Positions 24,201 through 36,200 of a DNA stretch of 64,000 nucleotides are shown in pieces. Position 1 is the first letter of the stretch, and each line of letters begins with the position of its first letter. Position numbers and translations under genes: made by a program. A model generated the notes under the pieces. It saw only the letters and a list, made by a program, of their open reading frames with translations, made no database searches and was not told the origin of the DNA. Source of the DNA: Phoronis australis (Eukaryota > Animalia > Phoronida); NCBI GenBank assembly GCA_002633005.1, contig NMRA01000026.1, positions 346,101-410,100 on the forward strand. Direction: 5' to 3'.

Positions 24201-27200
24201 CTCCTTTGGTTTTGGGTACAATTACCTGCAATACACGATGATACAATGGAATGTGTTCGACAAGGCATGAATCTTGCAATCTCAGCGTTAATAGTATCTG
24301 GCAAGCAAGCATGCAACTATACTAGCTAAAAAATAGCCACAACTGAAATTGACTAGGTCACCACATTCATGTGAAGGAAGTTTTATCCCAATTCCAACAC
24401 AGAAAAAAAGACACCTCTCCTGCTTGAGAAATGTCTTACACATTGGTTTGGAAAAATATCACGTATACCGTCAAGACTCAAAAAAGAACATTTCCCCTCT
24501 TCGGAAGATGTAGCTTACAGCCCCTTCAAATTAAAAACATCTTTTATTTTGGAGACTGTGAAGATGAAAAAGTCGGTAGAAGACGGTCCACTTTGGCTCC
24601 TTTATGTTTTGAATACTATCCTAAAATTTGATATTAGATCACATGCGCGCGTGTGTGCATGCGTATGTGTCAAATTAATCGTGCATTCCTTCATAAACAT
24701 TTGTCGGCGTAAAAATACAGTACAAGCCAGAAGCCTAGAAGTACCCATCACGACAGTTGGGAAGAAGCCGAATTCGTTGTCAGAGTAGTCTCCCATGATG
24801 ACTGAGAGGGGAATTAACAGGAAAGTTAGTGAGGTGGATAAGCCACGTTGTAATTAGCATTTTGCCGCCATTAAAGTTATTAGCAGTCATTTTTGCTGTG
24901 AACAGAATTAGTCGTCATGACGGGAAAACCATATTATGTACGATTTCTTTTGTCGTGTACTGTAAGTCAATATGACACCAACTGTATCTCACCTCCTTCT
25001 CTGCCTCTTTGTTGGCAAACAGATTAAGCTCCTCTCCAAATATTTCCTGCTGATTGAGCACATCTTCATAGTTGACCTCCTTCAGCAGACCCGGGTCCTC
25101 TATCCCATTGGCTTTCAGAAACTCCATGTACGCCACCTGGAAGGCCTGGCCAATAGACTGCGCCACCAGCTGTGCCTGTTAACAACAAAAGGACAGTTAC
25201 TAACTGCAGCACTCAGGAGGTGCTCTGATGACATCTATTCAGCGTATTGTATCTTGGTGCATCAACAACAAAAAATCCGTGGCATGAAGGTTCATTATCA
25301 CGCACTGCCACAGAAACCTGTTGCCATTGTAGTTACCTATATAGTATTCAATTGCCACCACAGAGACCACCTTCGGTACATGCAAGACATTCGTGAGACA
25401 GTTGTGGCGAGAAACCTTGGCTTATGGACAGGAACTAATATTTTTACGAACAGTCAACTCCCGTAATTTCACAACCCAGCCTCGCTGACCAATCACTCAC
25501 TTGCAGCCATTTTGTTAATATACACGGGCAAGGTTCCCAGTTTACATTTGCCTTTTGCTTGTGTGATTTTGCATGGCCTTGCACGAGTTCCCTTTCTCGC
25601 AAAACACTTGCATAGCGGGATGCAACTCAGGGTCAAGTTCACTAATGCTAGTGTCTCGCTAGAGAAACAAGACCTCGCGAGATCCTGCAAGATATTCTTG
25701 TGTATTGGAGAGCATGTGTTTTGAGCTAAATTTTACTCGCCAAGAGACAGTTATGGAACTCGACTCAGGACAATCTCGGAAGCTAAACTCTTTAACTAAA
25801 CATAACTATCCTAAAACTAAATCCAAAATCTCTATGAGTCAGAATGTTATGAATCGAGCATTAGTTCAAAGTTAACAGAAACCAGGGTCGAGTTTCATAG
25901 GTGCAAGAATCTCGCAAAAGGAAGCTAGTGTGATCACGTACTTCACGCATATTCTTGTGTTTTCGCGAGATTCTCACCTCTACAGAACGTATGCTAGCTT
26001 TTGCTACCGACTTCAGTCACAAAGTTATTATGAAGTGCATACTACAGGCGCCACCTATGGGCAAATATGTCATCATTATTAAGTTATGTTAAAATACTTA
26101 CAATACATAGCTATTAACAACCTGTGCCTTTGATGGCTATCTTATGTAATTTTGTAATAATTTCATATCATCAAAATTTGAAAATAAACTATCATGTTTC
26201 TCTCTAATAGATAAAAAATCTGATTATCATCATTTTTGGCCATAACATGTTTATCATCAATTTTTTCCTCAAGAAAAATCTGATGCCACAAAATTTCATC
26301 TGCAACACATGCCAAAACACAACAAAACAAATGGCTCACTTCTTCCGTTTCAAACACGTGGCAGATAATCTTTGTTTGTCTCTTCTGAGTGCCGCTCTCT
26401 GTAGTGGAGGTGGTGGTTCGCCGACGCGCCATGATGACCACAATATCCTGGATGTCGGCGATGTATGAAATGGTACGGAGCGCATGGTCCATCATAATCT
26501 CCTAGCAATACAACACGATGAGTGAGAACAAGTTTAACGCTATGAATAGAGTAGGTACCCTAAATAGTCGTCTGGTCACATCAATAGACCTAGTAATCAC
26601 AAGTCTGAAAATACTGATGCCCAAACTGGGGCTCAAACTTGCGACCGTCTATAATCCATGTCGAAGCTTTACTCCACTGAATCACAGGGGCCACCGGTTG
26701 AATACAGAAATCCAACCAGGCTAGTATTTTGAAAGACGTCAAGTCCATGTTGTTAGATATTTGCAAATATGAATAATTANAAATAAACTATCATGTTTCT
26801 CTCTAATAGATAAAAAATCAGATTATCTTCATTTTTGGCCATAACATGTTTATCATCAATTTTTTCCTAAAGAAAAATCTGATGCCACAAAATTTCATCT
26901 GCAACACATGCCAAAACACAACGAAACAAATGGCTCACTTCTTCCGTTTCAAACACATGGCAGATAATCTTTGTTTGTCTCTTCTGAGTCCCGCTCTCTG
27001 TAGTGGAGGTGGTGGTTCGCCGACGCGCCATGATGACCACAATATCCTGGATGTCGGCGATGTATGAAATGGTACGGAGCGCATGGTCCATCATAATCTC
27101 CTAGCAATACAACACGATGAGTGAGAACAAGTTTAACGCTATGAATAGAGTAGGTACCCTAAATAGTCGTCTGGTCACATCAATAGACCTAGTAATCACA

Positions 27201-30200
27201 AGTCTGAAAATACTGATGCCCAAACTGGGGCTCAAACTTGCGACCATCTATAATCCATGTCGAAGCTTTACTCCACTGAATCACAGGGGCCACCGGTTGA
27301 ATACAGAAATCCAACCAGGCTAGTATTTTGAAAGACGTCAAGTCCATGTTGTTAGATATTTGCAAATATGAATAATTACTAATATTTACAAGCACAAAGT
27401 TACTTTAGTTTGAAGAAAACAACGGGACGTCCCAGAGTAATAATCCTGTTACTTAAAAAGTGCTCATACCTTTAATGAACGATGAACACTTTCAGAATAT
27501 CCTGAAAATGTTGGGAGGAAATCATCAACAGCAATAAGAAAATCAACCATTTTTATAATTTTCCTTTTGCGGAGGGGCCTGTACGTTTCGAATGTCTTTA
27601 TAAAAGAAGACGTTTCAACAGGATGGCTTTACTCACTTGAAGGTTGGTATTGAGCACCATAATCTTCTCTGTGGATACGAACAGGTCCACATCTGTACTG
27701 GGCTGGGACTCGCCTTCAGGTGCCTAAACAGACGAAGGGTAAAGTGGGGTGAAAACAATGGTTTATACTGGAACTGGACAAAAGGGGAAGTGGGATAAAC
27801 ATGGTGGCACATACTAGACTTAGAAAAAAATGGGAAAATGTATTGAATACAGTGGCTCCTACTGGTGTTGAAGCAAACAGAGGAAAATGGGGGCCCATCA
27901 TGGGCTTGGACAGAAAAGGAAAGTGGGGCAAAAAGGAAAGTACACACTAGGCTAGAACAGAATGGAAAGTGGATAAACATGGGGGAGTCACAAACTAGAC
28001 TTGGAACTTTAGGGGAAAGTGGGAGAAGCAAGGTTCAAAATGGGCTTGGAAAGAAAAGGAACGTGAGGTGAACGAGATAGCGCATAATGAGCCAGAACAG
28101 ATGATTAGAGAAAGTAGGACATACAAGATAGCTCATACTGGACCAGAAGAGAAAGTGGGACAAACAAGATAGCTCATACTGGACCAGAAGAGAAAGTGGG
28201 ACAAACAAGATAGCTACAAACAAGATAGCTCATACTGGACCAGAAGAGAAAGTGGGACAAACAAGGTAGCTCATACTGGACCAAAAGAGAAGAGACAGTA
28301 TGGTGAACAGGACGGTTTATACTAGACTAGAAGAGAATTAAGTGGACAGAACAGAATATTTGATATCGTGTTGAAACAGAAGCGAGATTAGAATAATAGC
28401 TAATGTTGAACCCTTCAGCCACGCTCTCTCCTAAAATTTCTCTCCATGCTCGAATTAACATGTAAATGTTATTTTGTACAATTCAATATATTGGCAGACC
28501 ATACACATTGCACAATACTAAATTACAAATCATTTCATGTTCAAGAAACGGCTGCTGGCTAGGTAATTTTTGAGGTGAATTAAAACCAATCTGTATGTAG
28601 TGTTGAACACTGACAGTCATTCTGTTGCCTCAAAGCAAATGAACTCTACACAATAAGTCTGTCTACCACTGAACAAAGAACGTTTGAAAAACAATTTCTA
28701 AAACTAGAATCCAAGTCAAACGTAGTCGCAAGCCATATGAATATTTACGTTTCGTTATCTGAACAATGGGTAAAATATAAGACAAACCCCTTTCAGAACA
28801 GTTTAGAGTAAGGGGAGATAATACAAATCACAGATGACTTTAATCTAATTAAATTTCAATGACGAAAATCAAATCTTAAAAGAACCATAGTTTTTCGAAT
28901 AATTACATATGCTTTATGGCCAGTCACAACCGAGGAATCAAACTTAGGAGCTCCAAAAGAGTAGCTGGGCTAAGCTATCAAAACCAGGTCAGCAACCGCC
29001 AACCAAGCCTATGTAATCAGGAAAAAATACAGTGATTTCCAGAAAGAATTTTTATCATTGGATGCTCTTGCACTGTAACCAATTACATGTTGGGTGATGT
29101 TCACTGCATTATCAAATACAATTCATAAACAATAACAATTTAACATGCACACCAAAAGCGTTCTTGGCAGAAATTATGCAAATGACACAAAATAGAAAAT
29201 TAATATTTTGACATAAAGCTGCCCGGTATAAGAACACAGGACTCATTTTGAGTTGGTGAATAAAATATTGTGCACCCATGAGTCATTATACATTAATATT
29301 GAAATTGTCATTCAGATGTACAATGGACAATCTTCAACCATTTTGAAAAACAAAAATCACTTTGGCTATTATATGTTTCTTATCAAAATACTGATTGACA
29401 AGTGAATTTAGCCATATAAAGCACAGAAAACAGTTTATTATATACAGCAATACAAAGCATAGAACTGCGCCCACAACTGCACTGCTAACAGGGTGTCATT
29501 ATTACAAAAACTGCACCCAAACTGCACCGCTAACAGGTTGTTATTACAAAGAGCAATGATGTATGAAATGACAGAGTGCTTAGGTGAAGAAAAAAAATTC
29601 ATCTGGAACCATAAAGTGATGAAATTGCCAACATTTCCCGACAAGATTACGACTCTCAAATAATGCAGGTTGGTTTTGCCACAATCTTCTTGTTTGAAAC
29701 ATGGCGGGACTACAAATTTGTCTTTCAAGTACTTTGAGACACAGGAAATTCAAATTCACAAGGAGCCCATCACAGAAGAAAAGGCTGACCACGTGTATTT
29801 GGGTGCAAAATGTAATCAAATCAATCGCCCTAAATCCGTCAACTCAGAGTCGCTGTTGGTGACAGAATCCTACAGCCACACTGATACTCTTGCTGACCTA
29901 ACATAATGAACAGTGAAGCTGAGAACAAAATACAATCGAAACGATGTTAAACGCCCGAGTGTTCATGCATTGGTTACAGGAGAAGGAACAGGACACACAG
30001 TGGGGAGAAAATGAAGATAGTGACACGTGTTGCACATGGCTCATTATAACACAAACGGGCATACCTCAAACACATAGTGATCGTCATCAACCTTTAAATA
30101 ATGCTGCCAACCAAAAACAAACATAACTAGGTCAACAAATGTAACTAGGTCAACAGGTTTCTAAAAGTAAACACTACGTAACGATACACGTTTGATAATA

Positions 30201-33200
30201 AGTGGGCAGAAGACAGAATTAAGTGCATTGCCATCAGGGTCATAAATTTGGTTTTGCATAAACTATCACTAATTAAAAATTAGAAATTTTGAAGAACTGA
30301 CTCGCGAACTAGCAATAAAAGCACTTAGTGAATTTTCAAACAAACTTACATCATTCTCATTAACACCCCTATAGTTCAAGAGAGCTCAAAGTGCCATAAA
30401 CCCCTCTCCCATCAACAAATTTCTGACTTAGAAGCTTGTTTTTTGTTCACAGTACAAGTGATTTCAGGGCTTAGGAAGTTCTGATAGGTTGTTGAGACCA
30501 GCTTCAATGAGTTGACTTGACACAGGCAAGCATCACTCATGCGTCAAGCATGGCTTCAGCAGTCCTAGTTATTAGCCCTGGGGTCCGTTTCTTGAAAAAT
30601 CCCTTTAGACTAAAATTTTACACTACAGTCCTCCATTTCCTCCAACAGGTGGCGCAGGCTAGAAAATGAATGAGGGTACATTCTTGGAAGCGCACGAGGC
30701 AAACAGGGACTAAAAACGTAACCTAACTGGTGATATAGAGTATAAATGGAAACCAGTAAATGACTGTAGGAGTGTAGGAGATGAATTTGCTCAATATCAA
30801 ATGACAATGTAACGATTCTTCTTTGATTTAGCAAGTTAGACTTTGTTCAGTTTTCATAACGGTTACACTTACACTTTCCACAATAGAGACAATAATAATA
30901 ATAAAAATGATATAACTCCTCAATATAAACGGTAAGAAGAATGTTACGCAAAATAGGTTCATGCATGTCACAAACAGTAATGAGAACAAATTAAGTTTGA
31001 ACAGCTTTTAAAATTGGTTGAGCGGGAAGAGTAACTTCTAATTACAAAATTGGAATAGAAAATTTGAACTATAGCATGCTTAATTTGTCCGCGTAGACAA
31101 TAGTTGACCTTTGACATGAAGGTGTACTTGTTATAACCAATGGGGGGTAAAACTCTGTTTCACCTTATCAAAGGACAAACAAATCCTTGACAATCGGATT
31201 GTGGGCAAAATAACAAAAGTTTACGATATTGTAGGGCATGCAAAAATACAGTAACATCTCGCCAATGTGGGACAAAAATAATTCCAAAATTGTCCTTTCC
31301 ATTTTTCAAGGTCCCCGACATGATTCTGAATGACCACTGTTTTTCAAAATATTGTCTGTTGTCAGCAGTGGTACACAGCTAAAGCATGCCAAAGCATTAT
31401 TTCGATGTGACCCAACTTTTGTGAAAAAATGAGAAAACGAAAATTTCGCTTGTCCTCCACAATGCGTCCTAAATTGGCGAAATTTTACTGTAACTATCGG
31501 ATTAATGATAATCAAAATGAAGTAACTTGCACGAATACATCAAGGATTACAGCCAACAACATAAAGCATAACTACCTGGTACTTTTTACCGAAATGTATA
31601 ATCCCCAGTTTCTGAAGAGGAAGTATCAATCTAATATCATTCTGGCGACTAAATCTGTGGCAAGCCCAGGATCTAATCTTAGTTCTCGAAATCAAACTCG
31701 AAATTATTTTTGCTTTATCCCGTCTGGTTTTCACACAATGTCAAGATTAGTGTCTATTATTCTATGCTCGAGTACACTAAGGGTTCCGCAGACCAGATTC
31801 CAGTGCAACGTCGCATTTGATAATCCCAGATTCAAGCTACAAGCTCGAGTAAAAAATACAGATTTCAAGAAAAAATTCAAAATTTTGTGTTCAGGCTCTA
31901 ACTTATATTATTAATGCTTGGGTCATCAAGTACATCTTTAGGTCATCAAGTGCAAAATAGGATTAGACAGTCATTCAGCTAATACACAACTGCAGACACT
32001 CATCTTGAGTTTGTTTTCATAGAACAGCAAATTTCGAGTTTGATTTTGACTACAAGGATTATACCCTGGACCCTAATTAGATTCAGTTTTTAACTAATTA
32101 AATCAAGACACATTACAAAAAAGGAAATAAAGTTTCGGGGCCCATTTCTCAAGGAGTATTGACCAATTATCTTTGAATAAAAATTAGTCTAATAAAGGCT
32201 TAGCTTGTTTCAGGAAAACAGGCAAAGGGTGAAAGTCCGCAAATCTGTCTAACTCAAAGTCAAAAGACAGAATCTGTTAAAATAAGACATAAGATAAAAC
32301 GTTTCGAGAAATGCAGAAGACAAAAAAATCAACGTTCGGCTATTTATTGTCAAAGTTTTTACTTTTGGCTAAAACAAAAAGGCAAATTTAAGTCAAGTGA
32401 CTTCAATAACAGACCACGTAATTTGTAGTAAATAAATGGATACCAGTCATGTAGCTGTTTATTAACAACTAGAACAAAGATTATCATTAATTTGTTTTAG
32501 GTAAAACAGCAAATTGACATAGAAAATAAAGGGCGACGGAAACACAACAATGCCAGAGCTGCATTATGAATTTGCCTAAATAAGTTTGTTGCCACAAGAA
32601 TTACGACAAAGAGTCTTGGTACAAACGACGACACTTACCGAGGCCTTGATAATGATGTATAACGTTTTGTGTTATAATGAGCACGGTGGAACAATTAAGC
32701 CATCAGCGACAATTGAAAGAGAAACACTGTGATTAGGGGCTGAGAACAATAGTGAATAGTCAGCTACGATAAAGCCTCACCAATTTCTGGCACAAATAAC
32801 AGCCAAAATGCCATTTTATATTTCTCAAGGGATTCTAAAATTCTTGGGAACATAGTTTACGTGAGTTTTCAAAAAGTTGCAGGATGGTAGCTATTCTACA
32901 TAATCATGGAAAAGCATATAATTTGGTCCCACACACCATTCCTGGAAAAAATGATGAAATGAAATTTCCCTTGTCCGCCATATTGCATTCTAAATTGGTG
33001 AGATTTTACTGTTATGCTTAAGGCATAATACACAGTGAGGCAATTAACTTCGGACAAGGAAAAATCAGCTGAATAGAAATTGAGTTTTAAAAGATACCCT
33101 TTCCCCAGATCAGAACACACACAGTCTTGTCATTTATCCCATTCATTTTCCAAGCAGAGAATTTTAAGCTAATCACAAGCAATCAGTAGCAGTGAGTTTT

Positions 33201-36200
33201 CAACCAATCAGTTTCTTCATCAGCAACAGACATTATGCCATTGTGAGTCATGTACCGTATTCTATTAAAACTCATCCTTATTTTGACCACAGGGCAATTT
33301 TAACTGACCGGGTGACCCGAGTGCGCAGTACTGACCTTAATCCTGCCCACAGCTTCCTGGGCCTGCATCATGCGGAGAGCCTTTGAAGGTTGACCTTCTG
33401 ACACTAGCTGGGTGGAACCAAGGTAGCGTGCTCGGAACAGCACACCCTCTATTAATACTGATGGTTCGTCGGGATCGTATATGGCAACTACAAGAACAGG
33501 TGGAGGTCTATGGGTGATGTTGCAGTCAATACAGGTTGATGCATCTTGCTCAAATTCACTTACGCAAGTTCTATGGAAAAATATCTAACTAGAGAATCCA
33601 AATTACGTGAATGAAGTCAGGGTCAAGTTTGTGCACTACCCAAGATCGCAAGTAGAAAAGCTGTTATGCTGGGACATGTATGTATTCCAATGATCAATGT
33701 CGAGTCTGTTTTTATTTTGTGTGCAACTACAGCTGCAGTGTGTCCTGCATAGACCATAGAGCTAATTTTTGGCGTGTTAAACCATCTCAAACCTATTCCA
33801 TCACAGTTAGAAGTAGTGGGAACGGACAATGTCACTTTTCATTTAAAATTTTCACACTGACTTGTGGTCCTCAGGAAACACATAATGTTTACAGCAGCTT
33901 ATTGGAAATGATGTGTGAAAACTGTAACCAGGCACGACTAGTAATTTCTATAACGAAGAGCAGTCATACATCTAGAATACCATAGCCTATAGACCTCTAA
34001 GGAATCACCACCGGAGAGGGAGAGGGAGGGACAGAGAGAGAAAACAACACATAAAACAGAAAAGTCACACACAACCACCTGACCAACCCACTGATCGCCA
34101 ATGGAAACATCCACAAAATATCGCAAACACAAAGAGTAGCCAACACAGTAGAAACCACTTTGACCCGTTGGGAATTATCTGCCTTCGAAGACAAGACACT
34201 GACAAGAATCCGAAATGCTATTCTAATTACCAAAGTTCCTAAGCAAATAACCAACCTAATATCAGAACAGATTTTGTAAAGCTTAACAAAGCAGCCAACA
34301 GCTGTAGTACAACACAGAACCTGACCACAGGGGGCGCACTTACCAGGGTTCAGTGAAGAGAGGTGGCAGGAAAAAGGCAGTGTGAGAGAAACAAGAAACA
34401 GTTGTTTAGACAGGTGCTGCCATCATTTGACAATGAATATAATGAATTTAGGAGAAACAAGCTATCAAACAAAAGTTGGCAATTTTCGGTGAACATGTTG
34501 TCTGCAAACCTATACCAACATGATATACACGTCAGCATTTCTTAATAAAATCATTGGTTGGTAAATAGCATACAAAGACAGCTAGAGCAAGGTGTAAGTC
34601 ACACAGAGTTGCAGAACAGTTTGGTCGTAGGATATGACCTCAGAGGAGTTGTATTTTACGACATCCCAGGATTTACATACGCCAGGTAAATCCCAAAATG
34701 AGCATTGCTCCAGCAGCAATGCAATAAGGTGTTAACAACAACACAAGAACCAATAACACACTAAACAAAAACGTGCTGCGACAGTCGATTCTTTTCACTT
34801 CAAAGATGGAGCAAGATTTGTGTTATTGTCTCAGTCATAAACTCGCCTCAGATGCTAGCGTAACCGCTGTTTAGCAGTCTCCAGATCTTGTCCTGTGACT
34901 CAGTGTGACCAACATAAGAAGTCAAGTATTGAGTGTTGTACAACACATACTGACTGTCAGGATCATTTTGTTCCAGTAGCTCTTCAAGTTAGTCGCGTAT
35001 AATACAAAAGGTTAAGGTTATGCGAGACCCTATTAAATGTCCAAATTTGGATATTTTCAAACGTATCATAACATCTCAGAAATGGCTGATAAGAAACTTT
35101 AAGATACTGAACTTTATATGACTGATTTCTTAGAATGCTAGTAGGAATATTTTTCAAAATGCCTGTGGAGCTTCCAGATTTTTTTTTACAAAACATTAAA
35201 AGTTGCATGAAACCAAACTAAACAATAATTTAGAAAAGGATAACAGCGTCTTCGAGATTTCACCTTTAAGAAGACATTTGTTCATTGTATCGTCTCGATG
35301 AGTTTACCTTTCTTCGTTGCTCAATTGTACTAAAAAGTCATGGTTACATGACCCAATTATTGATAAATCCGTATGAAGTCAAAAATCAAATTCTGCATAC
35401 TGTCTACTTTCAGAAAATATGACACCATTACTGAGGTAAATTCTACTTTTGCAGAAATTTGGCTAAATGTAGACTTCATATGAATATGTGATGCGGCCAA
35501 AAGCTGGCGTGCAGAGCAGACTTAAAAAATTTGCGATAAATGCAGACTTGTCGATGAGATTCCACACAACCTTAACAACGGCCACCGGAAATTATTTACT
35601 TCTTTTTGGACATGCCTCACACACACTATGAAAAAAGACTACAACAGCCAGTCAGCCACCGCTCCACAGTGATTAGTCTGAAGCGACGGGCAATATTTGG
35701 ATATCATGCGCCCACATTTTGAGAACCAGTTTGATGCCCATCATTCAGCTACGAAAACTGGTTCTCAAAATGCAGGCACATTATATCCGACTATTACCAA
35801 GCGATTCGCTGTTAGTGACATTGTCACAGCATGACGTGCTTGTGTTTCATTGGCTACACGATGTAATGTGCTGTTCGTAAATTTATAAACCACGTAGACG
35901 GCAGCCACTGAAGTCCCTTTCAAACATAATCTGTGTGAACGAGATTTTTGCCCTAAAAGAAGAAAACAAGCTCCGGTGATTACAACACCGAACACGATAA
36001 GATCCGGGGGAAAATAAACATGCTGTTGCGCAACACATAATGTGGAGAATCTCTGAGATTCTGAGGAACTGGCGACGTTAGAGAGAGATCGGTTCAAGAC
36101 ATTTGCTCTCCAAACTGGTTTTTAGTTCGACGAATAAAGTGTAGGACCGAAGACATTGCGGGTTCAAAACTGCTCTAGAGCTGATCTCAAATTCACAAGA

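Larger units (their letters stand above)
26182..27378. repeat. Tandem duplication with 599-bp period around a single N (26780)
   Basis: 26182-26779 versus 26781-27378, differing by about 7 substitutions. Confidence 0.95.

Noticed and set aside
30627-30658. Good minus-strand acceptor followed by [10 protein letters not shown] in the PTB intron
   Set aside because: No frame-preserving donor, and the frame reaches TAG immediately after.
34344-34416. Strong minus-strand donor CTG|gtaagt preceded by a long pyrimidine tract, suggesting a microexon
   Set aside because: There is no AG nearby; the nearest one gives a 73-nt exon with an in-frame TAA.
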